Shown here: piece after piece, positions 12,841 through 23,374 of the stretch | Numbering within the stretch: the stretch's first letter is position 1 | Layout of the letters: every line of letters begins with the position of its first letter | Source: an uncultured Halieaceae bacterium | GTDB lineage: Bacteria; Pseudomonadota; Gammaproteobacteria; Pseudomonadales; Halieaceae | Direction of reading: 5' to 3' | Assembly: GCA_913063005.1 (NCBI GenBank) | Contig: CAJXZI010000001.1 | Location: forward strand, 1-39,778 | DNA length: 39,778 nucleotides | Notes under the pieces: generated by a model | What the model was told of the DNA's origin: nothing | Seen by the model: only the letters and a program-made list of their open reading frames with translations | The model's database searches: none | Position numbers and translations under genes: made by a program

Positions 12841-12936
12841 GTCAGAATCCTAAGTTGGTTTTACTCTCGATGACGCACCAGTTTCTGGTAAGCTATTCGC
12901 TACAACAGAACACGAATCACACCGCGGAGAGCGTAA

Positions 12937-13260
12937 ATGGACATTATGGAGACCATTAAGGATCAGATCGAGAGCAATCGAGTGATTCTGTACATGAAAG
13001 GTTCCCCAAATCAGCCTCAATGTGGGTTTTCTGCGAGAACCGTTCAAGCGCTAATGGGCTGCGGTCAGAAATTTGCCTATGTCGATGTGCTCAGTAACCC
13101 AGAGATTCGAGCAAATTTACCTGCTTATGGTAACTGGCCCACTTTCCCGCAATTGTGGGTCGACGGCGAGCTCATCGGCGGTTGCGACATCGTGTGCGAT
13201 ATGGACGCAACGGGCGAGCTTAAAGAGGTTGTTGTGGGTGAGGGCGGCTCCGAAGCGTGA
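12937..13260 (+). CDS. grxD: Monothiol glutaredoxin Grx4
   Basis: PQCGFS, WPTFPQL and GGCD motifs. Confidence 0.97.
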   Translation: MDIMETIKDQIESNRVILYMKGSPNQPQCGFSARTVQALMGCGQKFAYVDVLSNPEIRANLPAYGNWPTFPQLWVDGELIGGCDIVCDMDATGELKEVVVGEGGSEA

Positions 13261-13279
13261 ACTCGGAGCCTCGGCGGTC

Positions 13280-13768
13280 TCATCCTTCGCTGGGTTTAAC
13301 CGTCTTCATGGCCGTTTGCAGATAGTTCTGCTCGCCCACGCGATCCATCAGAGACAACTGCGTTTCCAGCCAGTCGATATGCTCTTCCTCGGCATCTAGG
13401 ATTCGCTTTGCTAAATCGCGCGACACGTAATCACCGACTTCCTCGCAGCACTTAACCGTGGCTTTAAGGTCCTCGTGCGCCACGTGCTCGAGTTGAAGGT
13501 CGCACTCGAGCATTTCACGAGGCGTCTCCCCAATCCTCAGTTTGCCAAGATCCTGCAAGTTGGGGATTCCCTCGAGAAATAAAATACGCTCGACAAGTTC
13601 ATCTGCGTGTTTCATCTCGTCGATTGACTCGTGGTACTCGTGCTCAGCGAGTTCAACAAGCCCCATATCTTTGTACATTTTTGAGTGCAAAAAGTACTGA
13701 TTGATCGCGACAAGCTCGTTGTACAGAATTTTGTTGAGGTGACGAATAACGTCTGGGTTGCCTTTCAT
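13280..13768 (-). CDS. bfr: Bacterioferritin
   Basis: MKG.., [19 protein letters not shown] (heme Met) and [11 protein letters not shown]. Confidence 0.97.
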   Translation of the reverse strand: MKGNPDVIRHLNKILYNELVAINQYFLHSKMYKDMGLVELAEHEYHESIDEMKHADELVERILFLEGIPNLQDLGKLRIGETPREMLECDLQLEHVAHEDLKATVKCCEEVGDYVSRDLAKRILDAEEEHIDWLETQLSLMDRVGEQNYLQTAMKTVKPSEG

Positions 13769-13803
13769 GACTGAAGTCCTGATCTGTCGTTAACACAGGC
13801 TGA

Positions 13804-13878
13804 ATTATAGCCTAAGACGCCGACCTTAAAAAGCATAAGTTATTGATTTTTAATGAAAAGAAAATGAAAACGATTCGC
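13804..13878 (-). promoter_or_regulatory. bfr promoter region: TATAAT -10, IHF site and weak Fur-like box
   Basis: TATAAT at 13809-13804; AATCAAtaacTTA at 13848-13836 fits WATCAANNNNTTR; 13860-13878 matches 13/19 of the Fur consensus. Confidence 0.55.
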
Positions 13879-13904
13879 AAACGCAGTCGCGTTTAGGTTT
13901 GCAA

Positions 13905-14102
13905 TCAGCCTTGGCGAGCGGCCTGAATTTGCACGCCGCGATTCATAGCTTCGCTGACTAGCGATTCAGCAAAACACGAGCACTTACCACACTGGGTCGA
14001 ACAGCCAGTGGCACGACTGACGTCGGCCAGTGAACGCGCACCAGCGGCTACTTGCTCTCGGATAGCTCGGTCGGTGACGCCTTTGCAGATGCATACATAC
14101 AT
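13905..14102 (-). CDS. bfd: Bacterioferritin-associated ferredoxin
   Basis: MYVCICKGVTD...CSTQCGKC [2Fe-2S] motif, upstream of bfr. Confidence 0.95.
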   Translation of the reverse strand: MYVCICKGVTDRAIREQVAAGARSLADVSRATGCSTQCGKCSCFAESLVSEAMNRGVQIQAARQG

Positions 14103-14108
14103 GCGAGA

Positions 14109-14137
14109 AACGTAATGCTAATGAGAACCATTGTCAA
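14109..14137 (-). promoter_or_regulatory. bfd sigma70 promoter overlapped by a Fur box
   Basis: TTGACA (14137-14132), 17 nt, TACGTT (14114-14109); GCTAATGAGAACCATTGTC (14117-14135) matches 15/19 of GATAATGATAATCATTATC. Confidence 0.85.
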
Positions 14138-14193
14138 CAATCAATGTGGAGTCTAGCGTATACTCCGCGCTTTCATAGGTAGGGAACGGTTAA

Positions 14194-15450
14194 GTGACGG
14201 TAAAGCAGCATATAGAAGCACTCGCAAAATCTGCAAAGGCCGCATGCCCAATTATCGCAAATGCGCCGGTAGCCCAACGAAATGCTGCATTGGCGGCGAT
14301 TGCCGACGCCATCGAAGGGTCGCGCTCAGCACTGCTAGAGGCTAACGCGCTCGACCTAGAGGCTGCCCAAAGTGCTGGGTTAGATTCAGCGCTCATCGAT
14401 CGTCTAGAACTCAATGCCGACCGCATCGACGGCATGCTCGAGGCACTAAAAATAGTACGCTCTTTACCCGATCCCATAGGTGGCATCGAAGGCCTAAAGG
14501 CAATGGAGTCTGGGATTCAAGTCGGGAAAATGCGCGTTCCACTTGGCTTGATTGGCATTATCTACGAGTCCCGACCAAACGTAACAATTGATGCGGCAAG
14601 TCTGTGTCTTAAGTCGGGTAATGCCGTCCTGCTTCGAGGCGGTTCGGAAGCTATCCGCTCAAATCTTGTGCTATCTGACTGCATCAAGCGAGGACTGGCA
14701 TCTTCAGGCTTATCAGAGGATGCAGTCCAAGTTGTCGATACCACCGACCGTAACGCTGTTTCTGCCATGGTAAGTCTTGAAGGTGTGGTGGATATGATTG
14801 TGCCCCGGGGGGGGAAGGGGTTGATAGAGCGCGTTGCACGCGAGGCCAAGGTGCCCGTATTGAAGCATTTAGACGGCGTTTGTCACCTCTACATCCATGC
14901 AGACGCTGATCCTAAGATGGCTGTTGAGCTGTCTTTGAATGCAAAGACTCATCGCTACGGCACCTGCAACACGATGGAAACGCTGTTAGTCGACAGGGCA
15001 ATGAGCCAGACGCTGCCGGCTATCGCCGCACCCTTGCTAGAGAAGGGCGTCGAGTTGCGCGGCTGCAGCAAAACGACAGAAATACTTGGCGATCACTGCA
15101 CTCCTGCCTCGCCAAGCGACTGGGATGAAGAATACTTAGCACCTATTTTAGCGATCAAGGTCGTTGACGGAGTTGAGGAGGCGATCGCTCATATTAGCCA
15201 GCACGGATCCGGGCACACCGACGCCATTGTCACTAACTGCCATCAGACTGCGATGCACTTCTTGCGAGCTGTGGATTCAAGTTCGGTTATGGTGAACGCC
15301 TCGACACGATTTGCTGATGGTTTTGAGTACGGTTTGGGGGCTGAGATCGGTATCTCTACGGATAAAATTCACGCTCGAGGCCCCGTCGGTCTCGAAGGAT
15401 TGACCAGTCAAAAATATGTAGTGCTGGGTGATGGCAATATCCGAGTGTAA
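14194..15450 (+). CDS. proA: Gamma-glutamyl phosphate reductase
   Basis: [49 protein letters not shown] and HARGPVGL. Confidence 0.97.
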   Translation: MTVKQHIEALAKSAKAACPIIANAPVAQRNAALAAIADAIEGSRSALLEANALDLEAAQSAGLDSALIDRLELNADRIDGMLEALKIVRSLPDPIGGIEGLKAMESGIQVGKMRVPLGLIGIIYESRPNVTIDAASLCLKSGNAVLLRGGSEAIRSNLVLSDCIKRGLASSGLSEDAVQVVDTTDRNAVSAMVSLEGVVDMIVPRGGKGLIERVAREAKVPVLKHLDGVCHLYIHADADPKMAVELSLNAKTHRYGTCNTMETLLVDRAMSQTLPAIAAPLLEKGVELRGCSKTTEILGDHCTPASPSDWDEEYLAPILAIKVVDGVEEAIAHISQHGSGHTDAIVTNCHQTAMHFLRAVDSSSVMVNASTRFADGFEYGLGAEIGISTDKIHARGPVGLEGLTSQKYVVLGDGNIRV

Positions 15451-16081
15451 GCCCCGTATTGGTGTTATGGGGGGGAGTTTTAACCCCGTACACTTTGGCC
15501 ATTTGCACGTGGCAAGCGACGTAAAACAGCGCCTTAATCTTGACCATATGTTCTTAATGCCCGCCGCACAATCGCCGCTGAAGGCGCAACACGCGGTGAC
15601 GGCTGCCCATCGTGTTACTATGCTCGAGCTTGCGGTTGAAGCATTTCCTGAGTTGGAGCTGGACTGCAGAGAAATCCATCGTGCGGGACCATCCTTTACG
15701 ATCGATAGCCTTGCCAGCTTACGAGATGACTTTGGCGAGGAGGCTGGTCTCTATTTTGTCATTGGCGACGATTGTTTGCCGACCTTGCACCGTTGGCGTC
15801 AGTGGCGTGACTTGACGGCCTATGCGAATCTGATCGTTACCAAAAGACCAGGCCAATTTGGGCTGCCCACTGAGGAAGTTTTGCAGTGGTTGAGGGGGGT
15901 TGAGATTGACCTTGATGGCATTGATTCGATGGCCAGTGGGGGACTGTCTCGTGTTGAGTGTTCGTTGGTTGATATTTCCTCAACGGAGCTGCGCGAGGGG
16001 TTGACCCGTGATCAGGGGCTGGAGAAGGTGATCCCAAGCGCAGTAATAGAGTATATTAAGCAGCATCAGCTATACCGCTAA
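15431..16081 (+). CDS. nadD: Nicotinate-nucleotide adenylyltransferase
   Basis: [11 protein letters not shown] and DISST motifs; conserved proA-nadD-rsfS order. The exact start is uncertain and overlaps the end of proA. Confidence 0.92.
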   Translation: MAISECKPRIGVMGGSFNPVHFGHLHVASDVKQRLNLDHMFLMPAAQSPLKAQHAVTAAHRVTMLELAVEAFPELELDCREIHRAGPSFTIDSLASLRDDFGEEAGLYFVIGDDCLPTLHRWRQWRDLTAYANLIVTKRPGQFGLPTEEVLQWLRGVEIDLDGIDSMASGGLSRVECSLVDISSTELREGLTRDQGLEKVIPSAVIEYIKQHQLYR

Positions 16082-16103
16082 CTTTATTTCCGAGAGGCTT
16101 TTT

Positions 16104-16478
16104 TTGACGCAACCTAGCACTCCCATGACCGACCTTGTGGTCGATGCACTCGAGGACCTTAAAGCCGTCGACCCAAAGATTTTGGATGTGCGCGGCATTA
16201 GCTCCGTAATGGACTACCTGGTGGTCGCCAGCGGGAACTCTTCACGGCACGTGAAGTCGCTCGCTGATAATGTGGTCATCAAAGCCAAAGAAGCGGGCTG
16301 GCCTCCTATTGGTGTAGAGGGCGAAAACGCCGCGGACTGGGTGCTGGTTGATCTGGGCGACGTTGTGGTCCATGTCATGCAGCCAGCGGCGCGAAGTTTC
16401 TACGATCTTGAGCGCTTGTGGTCTGGTGACGAAGAGCCTGTACCCATGGATGAAGCGCACGCAGACGTCTTGAATTGA
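16104..16478 (+). CDS. rsfS: Ribosome silencing factor RsfS (Iojap)
   Basis: [16 protein letters not shown] and [14 protein letters not shown]...FYDLERLW. Confidence 0.95.
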   Translation: MTQPSTPMTDLVVDALEDLKAVDPKILDVRGISSVMDYLVVASGNSSRHVKSLADNVVIKAKEAGWPPIGVEGENAADWVLVDLGDVVVHVMQPAARSFYDLERLWSGDEEPVPMDEAHADVLN

Positions 16479-16942
16479 GTATGCGAGTGCTCACCGTCGG
16501 CACCCGGATGCCGGATTGGGTGAGTCGCGGGGTCGAAGAATACGCAAAACGCCTGCCTCGCGACGCCGCCGTTGAGTGGTGCGAGATCCCCGCCTCTAAG
16601 CGCTCAAGAGATACAGCTGAAAGTCGGATGCTTGATGAATTTCAGGCGATTGAGCGCCGTTTAAAAGATCAAGAAGTCATCGTTGTTCTGGATGTCGAAG
16701 GCAAGGTTTTGGCGACAGAGGCGATCGCAGAGGCCATCCAGACTTGGCAGGATCAAGGGGCGAAAGTGGCTTTCGTCATCGGAGGACCGGACGGGATTCA
16801 CCCGCAACTCAAGGCAAGGGCGACAGCTAAATGGTCTCTGGGGCGTATTACACTTCCACACCCTCTCGTTCGCGTCATTCTGGCCGAGCAACTCTATCGC
16901 GCGTGGTCTATTAACGCAGGACATCCTTACCATCGCGCTTGA
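16475..16942 (+). CDS. rlmH: 23S rRNA pseudouridine-1915 N3-methyltransferase
   Basis: FVIGGPDG and [27 protein letters not shown]. Confidence 0.96.
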   Translation: MSMRVLTVGTRMPDWVSRGVEEYAKRLPRDAAVEWCEIPASKRSRDTAESRMLDEFQAIERRLKDQEVIVVLDVEGKVLATEAIAEAIQTWQDQGAKVAFVIGGPDGIHPQLKARATAKWSLGRITLPHPLVRVILAEQLYRAWSINAGHPYHRA

Positions 16943-16988
16943 GCTGTTAATTACGGTAAGCTCCCCATGGGGAGAGGGTTGACGCGAC

Positions 16989-18833
16989 ATGGCACGCCAG
17001 CTGAATCAAATGCAAGACTGGGCGCGCGAAACGCGCCTTACGCACGCGCGTATTGTGGTGCTTGCGATGCTTATGCTCTTGGTTATGGTTGGGCTTCTCT
17101 ACCGCTATTTCTACCTCCAGATTATTCAGAACGAAACCTTCCGCGCACAGTCAGACAGAAACCGCATCGCCGTTCGCGCTGTTGCACCAACCCGCGGTGT
17201 CATTGTCGATCGCGAAGGGCGCCTGCTCGCTGAGAACTTGCCGTCCTTCACCCTCGCACTAACCCCTGAAAGAGTCTCAAATCTTGACGAGACGCTGGCC
17301 GAATTAAGAGAGTTGCTGAAGCTTACAGAGGATGACATTGCGCTTTTCTCTGAGACGCGACGGCGCACGAGACCGCTCAGCCCGGTACCCTTAAAGTATC
17401 GACTGAGTGAGTCCGAACGCGCCTTGCTAGCGGTTAACAAACATCGCTTTGAGGGTATGTCCATACTTACCGAGTTGACTCGTCACTACCCTGAGGGCGC
17501 ATTATTAGGCCACACCGTTGGCTATGTAGGGCGTATTGGGAAGGACGACATCGCCGCTGCGGACACTGAGCAGTATCGAGGTATAACCCACATAGGAAAA
17601 GTTGGCCTTGAGGCCTATTACGAAACCGTGTTGCGTGGCGAATTAGGGGTTAGTCAAATAGAGACGAATGCTCGCGGCGTTGACCTGCGCGTGGTCGACC
17701 GAATAGAGCCAACGCCCGGAGCTCAGCTCAGGCTCCACCTGGACGCCGAGTTACAGCGCATTGCGGCCGAGGCTTTGGGAGACATGCGAGGTGCTGTCGT
17801 TGCAATTGATACGCGGTCAGGTGGTGTCCTTGCTGCCTACTCTAACCCCGGCTATGACCCCAACAAATTCGTGAATGGTATTAGTTTTGGAGACTATGCG
17901 TTGTTGCGCGATTCGCGCGATGCACCGTTGCTCAATCGCGTGATTCAGGGGCAATACCCCCCGGCATCCACCGTCAAACCAATGCTCGGACTTGCAGGCC
18001 TGAATCGAGGGGTAATCGATGCGGAGACGCTAATCGCCGACCCTGGTTACTACACCTTGCGCGGCGATAAGCGGCGCTATCGGGACTGGATTTTACGTAT
18101 CCGGGGTACAGGGCATGCGGATTTTATGAACCTCAGGGACTCTATTGCCCAATCTTGCGATGTTTATTTCTATGAACTCGCAAATCGCCTCGGTATCGAT
18201 GCGCTCTCAGAGTCTCTATATGACTTTGGTATCGGATCACCTACGGGGATCGACTTGCCGAGTGAAAAACGCGGGATCTTGCCGTCCGCCGAATGGAAGC
18301 GCGAAACCATAGGCAGTAGCTGGTATGGAGGCGAGACGCTGATCGTAGGGATTGGACAAGGCTATATGTTGGCGACACCACTCCAGTTAGCCGTCGCTAC
18401 CAGCGCGCTCGCCATGCGGGGAACGGCATACAAGCCGCATTTGGTGGCATCAATCGCTGGTGAGGCGGTTATTCCGGAGCCGCTGCTTTCGATATCGGCG
18501 CCAACCGAGTACTGGGATGAAGTGTTCGCGGGAATGGTAGACACCGTATTTGCACCCAGAGGTACGGCAGCGGGGATGAGACGGGGCTTGGAGTATACGG
18601 TTGCTGGTAAAACCGGAACGGCTCAGGTTGTAGGGATTGCGCAGGACGCGACCTATGACGAGGAGAGCCTCTCTGAATATCAACGCAATCATGGTTGGTT
18701 CATCGCTTTTGCGCCCGTCGAATCACCGCAAATAGCGATCGCAGTACTGACTGAGAATGGTGGTGGGGGCAGCACGGCGTATCCGGTTGCACGTTCCATG
18801 TTGGATTATTGGATGACGCACCATGAGTCATGA
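16989..18833 (+). CDS. mrdA: Penicillin-binding protein 2
   Basis: N-terminal TM, RG.I.DR, YPPASTVK (SxxK), QSCD (SxD) and AGKTGTAQ. Confidence 0.96.
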   Translation: MARQLNQMQDWARETRLTHARIVVLAMLMLLVMVGLLYRYFYLQIIQNETFRAQSDRNRIAVRAVAPTRGVIVDREGRLLAENLPSFTLALTPERVSNLDETLAELRELLKLTEDDIALFSETRRRTRPLSPVPLKYRLSESERALLAVNKHRFEGMSILTELTRHYPEGALLGHTVGYVGRIGKDDIAAADTEQYRGITHIGKVGLEAYYETVLRGELGVSQIETNARGVDLRVVDRIEPTPGAQLRLHLDAELQRIAAEALGDMRGAVVAIDTRSGGVLAAYSNPGYDPNKFVNGISFGDYALLRDSRDAPLLNRVIQGQYPPASTVKPMLGLAGLNRGVIDAETLIADPGYYTLRGDKRRYRDWILRIRGTGHADFMNLRDSIAQSCDVYFYELANRLGIDALSESLYDFGIGSPTGIDLPSEKRGILPSAEWKRETIGSSWYGGETLIVGIGQGYMLATPLQLAVATSALAMRGTAYKPHLVASIAGEAVIPEPLLSISAPTEYWDEVFAGMVDTVFAPRGTAAGMRRGLEYTVAGKTGTAQVVGIAQDATYDEESLSEYQRNHGWFIAFAPVESPQIAIAVLTENGGGGSTAYPVARSMLDYWMTHHES

Positions 18834-19971
18834 CTTCGAGCGCGTATCGCAGGTGTCGTCGCGAGATCTGGGCTCGCGCATTGCGTTTCTCAGGCTCTTA
18901 CACATTGATTTGTGGCTATTTATTCCGCTCGTACTTTTGAGCATGGCGGGTTTGGTTGTTCTGTACAGCGCGAGCGGTCAATCGGAGCCCATGATGACCG
19001 CACAAATTCGAAATTTATTTGTGGCATTCGCGGTGCTTTTGACGACTGCCCAGCTGCGTATGGAGACGCTGAAACTGATATCGCCCTACGTTTTTGCGCT
19101 CGGTCTTCTGCTGCTTGTCGGCGTTGCGTTCTTTGGTGTCGGCGCCAAGGGTGCTCAACGATGGTTGAGCCTTGGGTTTATTCGTTTTCAGCCCTCGGAA
19201 ATCATGAAAGTGGCGATGCCACTCGCTGTCGCATGGTGGCTTTCCAAGAAGGCGCTGCCACCCACTGCAAAGTCAATGCTCGTTGCGGCCATGATGGTAG
19301 CGTTACCCTCGTTCCTCATTTTGCGTCAGCCCGACTTGGGGACCTCGTTATTGGTAGCGAGCAGCGGCCTCGCTGTCATTTACATGGCCGGTATCCAATG
19401 GCGTTACATTCTCTCTCTGATCTTAGTTGCACTACTGTCTATTTGGCCGGCATGGGTGTTTGTCCTCAAAGACTACCAAAAACAGCGTGTTCTAACGCTT
19501 TTTAACCCTGAGTCAGACCGGTTAGGTGCGGGCTGGAACATCATCCAATCGAAGACGGCAATCGGGTCGGGCGGTTGGGAAGGATTAGGTTGGATGCAGG
19601 GGAGTCAGGCTCAGCTCGATTTCCTTCCTGAGGGCCACACCGACTTCATCATCGCGGTGCTGGCAGAGGAATTTGGCTTTCGGGGTGTAAGCCTGCTTTT
19701 TATTTTTTACGCGGCGATTCTTTTTCGCGGTCTCATAATTTGCTGGCACGCCCAATCTAGTTTTGCGCGTCTGCTTGCAGGTGGGCTGATTACTACCTTC
19801 TTTTTTGGTTTGGTAGTGAACCTTGGTATGGTTTCGGGACTCTTACCGGTAGTGGGGGTTCCTTTGCCAATGGTGAGTTACGGTGGAACGGCAATGGTCT
19901 CTATGATGGTTGCCTTTGGCATGTTGATGGCAATTTCTACGGAAAAACCGGTTACCCGGGCAATGCGTTAA
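18823..19971 (+). CDS. rodA: Rod shape-determining protein RodA
   Basis: SEDS family motifs GAQRW, FQPSE, QPDLGT, LPEGHTDFI and SYGGT; follows mrdA. Confidence 0.96.
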   Translation: MSHDFERVSQVSSRDLGSRIAFLRLLHIDLWLFIPLVLLSMAGLVVLYSASGQSEPMMTAQIRNLFVAFAVLLTTAQLRMETLKLISPYVFALGLLLLVGVAFFGVGAKGAQRWLSLGFIRFQPSEIMKVAMPLAVAWWLSKKALPPTAKSMLVAAMMVALPSFLILRQPDLGTSLLVASSGLAVIYMAGIQWRYILSLILVALLSIWPAWVFVLKDYQKQRVLTLFNPESDRLGAGWNIIQSKTAIGSGGWEGLGWMQGSQAQLDFLPEGHTDFIIAVLAEEFGFRGVSLLFIFYAAILFRGLIICWHAQSSFARLLAGGLITTFFFGLVVNLGMVSGLLPVVGVPLPMVSYGGTAMVSMMVAFGMLMAISTEKPVTRAMR

Positions 19972-20108
19972 GACCGTTGACTTTCGGTTAACGACACCAT
20001 GGACAATGCGGTTCTCGCTCATCAGGCTGGGGGCGGTTGTCGTGGACGGTCTAGTTGATAGTGGTAAAGCTATAGAGATGTACTTTGATGATGTTTTGGG
20101 GGTTACGA

Positions 20109-21089
20109 ATGCAGACAAAGAGCAACTGGTTTAGAGGTGTGGTCGCCTGTACGGTTTTATTGAGTTCATTAGGTGCGAGTGCAGATTACCGCGATCACCC
20201 CAACGCTGCGGCGTTAATTGACCGAGTGGTTGCGAAAGGCGTTGACCGAGAGTGGCTCGACGCCGCCTTAAAGGAGGCCACCAAGCAAGAAAGTATCCTC
20301 AAGGCAATTTCGCGACCTGCTGAGAAAAGTAAGCCCTGGTCTGAGTATCAAGATATTTTTCTCACCGATCGGCGTGCCAAGGAGGGGATAAAGTTTTGGC
20401 GAGAGAATCGCGAAGCCCTCGATCGCGTTAGCGCCGACACAGGCGTTCCCTCGGAAATCATCGTCGCCATTATCGGCGTGGAGACATATTACGGGCGAAT
20501 CACCGGTGGTTACCGAGTGATCGATGCGTTAACCACACTGGCCTTTGATTACCCTAGAAGATCGCCCTTCTTTACCAAGGAGTTAGAGGTTTTTTTGTCC
20601 TTGGCCTATGAGTCTGGACTGCCGATGACTGAGATGAAGGGGTCCTATGCGGGTGCAATGGGACTTGGGCAGTTCATGCCTTCGAGCTACACCGCTTACG
20701 CCAAAGATTTTGAAGGCGATGGGGTTATCGATATTTGGACAAACCCCAACGATGCCGTGATGAGTGTGGCCAATTACTTCGTTGCACACGGCTGGCGTCC
20801 CGGTGGTAATGTCATCGCCGCTGCCGACTTCAATGGGGAAGCATCGGTATTCGAGGGTGGCTTGAAGCCAAAGAAATCTATCGCCGAACTCTCGAAGTTG
20901 GGCTTAACACCGCGCGATGATGTGTCGGCAAGCGCCAAGGCCACGCCTATAAAGTTTGAGGGTAAATCGGGTGATGAATATTGGTTGGGTTTGCACAACT
21001 TCTACGTGATTACGCGCTACAACCACAGCGCCATGTATGCGATGGCTGTTTACCAGCTCAGCCTAGACCTGAGAGCAAGAATGTTGTGA
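20109..21089 (+). CDS. mltB: Lytic murein transglycosylase B family (soluble SltB1-like, no obvious lipobox)
   Basis: IIGVETYYG, GSYAGAMGLGQFMPSS and ITRYNHSAMYA; signal peptide ending ...LGASA; ATG at 20109 chosen as start. Confidence 0.9.
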   Translation: MQTKSNWFRGVVACTVLLSSLGASADYRDHPNAAALIDRVVAKGVDREWLDAALKEATKQESILKAISRPAEKSKPWSEYQDIFLTDRRAKEGIKFWRENREALDRVSADTGVPSEIIVAIIGVETYYGRITGGYRVIDALTTLAFDYPRRSPFFTKELEVFLSLAYESGLPMTEMKGSYAGAMGLGQFMPSSYTAYAKDFEGDGVIDIWTNPNDAVMSVANYFVAHGWRPGGNVIAAADFNGEASVFEGGLKPKKSIAELSKLGLTPRDDVSASAKATPIKFEGKSGDEYWLGLHNFYVITRYNHSAMYAMAVYQLSLDLRARML

Positions 21090-21868
21090 GGCTTTTTGGG
21101 ACAGTTATTAGCCTTGCCATCCTCTTTGGTTGCGCAGGCACAAAGCCACGCACTGTCGATTACGAACCACCGCCCGTGTCACCCGAAGCGGTTGCTGAGG
21201 CTGTGCCGTCCGCTGACCCAGTATCGAGGATGGGAAACAAGAGCCCCTACAGCGTTTTTGGCAAGCAATACACTGTGATGCCCACTGCGAGGGGTTACAG
21301 CGAGGAGGGGATTGCTTCCTGGTACGGTATGAAATTTCAGGGCAGGTTGACCTCAAACGGCGAGGTGTTTGATGTCTACAAGGCCACCGCCGCTCACAAA
21401 TCACTCCCGCTTCCAAGCTTCGTGCGAGTGACAAATCTCGAAAACAATGACTCAATGATTGTTCGAGTGAATGATCGAGGACCGTTTGTTGATGATAGGT
21501 TGATTGATGTCTCTTACGGCGTGGCGGTTCGTCTGGGTTTTGCCGAGCAGGGCACGGCACGTGTCCGCGTTGAACATATTGACGTATCGGGGGTGGATGA
21601 CTGGCGAAATTCGGAAGTCACGACTTACCGACGATTGCAATTAGGTGCTTATGAACTAAGGAGTTCTGCAGAGGATTTGGCTGAGGCAGTCCGCGAGCTG
21701 GTGGGTCAAGCGATTCCGGTTACTGTTTCTGGTGTGTCGTCAGGTCAGCAAATGATTTATCGCGTTCGCCTGGGGCCAGTTGAAGGTACAGACAGCCTAG
21801 AGCAGCTTGATCGAATCCAGGCGAATTTGCGTGACAATGGATTCCCCGAGGGGCAGCGATTGCCCTGA
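21086..21868 (+). CDS. rlpA: Septal ring lytic transglycosylase RlpA lipoprotein
   Basis: GTG start overlapping the mltB stop; lipobox LFGC; G.ASWYG, TAAHKSLP and VRVNDRGPF; C-terminal SPOR domain. Confidence 0.92.
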   Translation: MRLFGTVISLAILFGCAGTKPRTVDYEPPPVSPEAVAEAVPSADPVSRMGNKSPYSVFGKQYTVMPTARGYSEEGIASWYGMKFQGRLTSNGEVFDVYKATAAHKSLPLPSFVRVTNLENNDSMIVRVNDRGPFVDDRLIDVSYGVAVRLGFAEQGTARVRVEHIDVSGVDDWRNSEVTTYRRLQLGAYELRSSAEDLAEAVRELVGQAIPVTVSGVSSGQQMIYRVRLGPVEGTDSLEQLDRIQANLRDNGFPEGQRLP

Positions 21869-21936
21869 GCTATTGCCGGTTTGAGTTGATACACTAGCGG
21901 CGCAATTTTAATAGGTACACGAAGGTAGGGAACGTA

Positions 21937-23097
21937 ATGCGGTTGAGTCGAGTAGGGCGGATTTTGGTTCTGGGTTGTATTGGGCTAAGTAGTTCGGTCA
22001 TTGCCGCTGTTCCTCCCGCGCCAAATCTCCCGGCGGATGCCTATTTTTTGATGGACGCGACGACGGGACAGGTGCTGGTCGATTATCAAGGGGACCTCTC
22101 TCTGCCTCCGGCTAGCCTGACAAAAATCATGACGTCATATGTATTGGCTGAAGAAGTCGACTCTGGTCGCGCCTCATTGGACGATATGATTACCGTCAGC
22201 CGCAACGCTTGGTCGCAAAACCCAACCTTTCAGGGGTCGTCATTGATGTGGATTGAGCCCGGAAAGCCCGTAAGCCTAGAAGACCTTGAGCGCGGTGTTG
22301 TGATTTCGTCCGGCAACGATGCCTCGGTTGCAGTGGCAGAGCACCTGGCGGGAACCGAATCGAGCTTTGTAGATGTCATGAACCAGATCGCGGCTGATCT
22401 GGGGTTGGATAACACCACCTATCGAAACCCACACGGGCTTCCCCATCCTGAGCACCGAACAACAGCACGAGATCTCGCAAAACTTTCTGTCGCTTTGATC
22501 AACAACCACCCAGAACACTACAAAATCTATAAAGAGAAGAGTTTTACTTACAACGGTATTAAGCAATACAACCGTAACGGATTATTGCGGACCGACAGCA
22601 CGGTGGACGGCTTGAAAACCGGCTATACCAGTGAGGCGGGTTACGGCTTGGTCGCTTCTGCAAAGCGAGATGATATGCGCTTGGTTTCAGTGGTGCTGGG
22701 GAGTGCCACGCGACGGACTCGAACGTCGGAGAACGCAAGTCTCCTGAATTACGGATTCCGCTTTTTTCAAAATCTCAGACCCCTCTCTGCCGAGGTCACA
22801 TTGGCCGAGCCCAAGGTCTGGAAAGGTGCCAAGGAAACGGTTCACGGTGGTGTGCTCGAGTCGGTTGTTTTGACCGTGCCGCGCGAGCGGGCCGAACCAA
22901 CCATCGAGGTAAGCGTTAATGAGCAGTTAGAGGCACCGCTCAAGCGTGGTGACGAGATTGGTATTGTCACGGTCAAGCGCGATGGTGAAGTGCTTTTTGA
23001 AACACCCCTTTTGGTGCTCGACGATGTTGATAGTGGCGGTTTCTTTAAGCGCCTCATCGATGCTTTGATCCTTTGGTTTCAGAACCTTGTAGGCTGA
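21937..23097 (+). CDS. dacC: D-alanyl-D-alanine carboxypeptidase (PBP5/6)
   Basis: PASLTK, SGNDA and GLKTGYT motifs; follows rlpA. Confidence 0.9.
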   Translation: MRLSRVGRILVLGCIGLSSSVIAAVPPAPNLPADAYFLMDATTGQVLVDYQGDLSLPPASLTKIMTSYVLAEEVDSGRASLDDMITVSRNAWSQNPTFQGSSLMWIEPGKPVSLEDLERGVVISSGNDASVAVAEHLAGTESSFVDVMNQIAADLGLDNTTYRNPHGLPHPEHRTTARDLAKLSVALINNHPEHYKIYKEKSFTYNGIKQYNRNGLLRTDSTVDGLKTGYTSEAGYGLVASAKRDDMRLVSVVLGSATRRTRTSENASLLNYGFRFFQNLRPLSAEVTLAEPKVWKGAKETVHGGVLESVVLTVPRERAEPTIEVSVNEQLEAPLKRGDEIGIVTVKRDGEVLFETPLLVLDDVDSGGFFKRLIDALILWFQNLVG

Positions 23098-23100
23098 TCC

Positions 23101-23370
23101 GTGACTGACCCAGAGGCGCCAAAAATTGAATTTCCCTGCAGTTATCCCGTCAAAGTGGTGGGAAGAGCGACGCCTGATTACGCCTCGGCGATTCGCGCTA
23201 TCGTCGAACGACATGCACCGGGATTGACCGACGCCGATATCGTTACCAAAAGTAGTCGATCTGGCACGTTTGACTCGATAACGTTCACCATCATTGCGAC
23301 GGGGGAAGACCAGCTCTCGGCCCTGCATGCAGAGTTAGTCGCGTCGGGCCGTGTGTCCATGGTGATTTGA
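23101..23370 (+). CDS. ybeD: DUF493 / YbeD family protein
   Basis: PKIEFPC.YPVKVVG...SRSG.F.S; located between dac and lipB. Confidence 0.88.
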   Translation: MTDPEAPKIEFPCSYPVKVVGRATPDYASAIRAIVERHAPGLTDADIVTKSSRSGTFDSITFTIIATGEDQLSALHAELVASGRVSMVI

Positions 23371-23374
23371 TCGA

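Noticed and set aside
20981-21085. N-terminal extension of the RlpA ORF in the track
   Set aside because: It overlaps mltB; the lipoprotein signal begins at GTG 21086.
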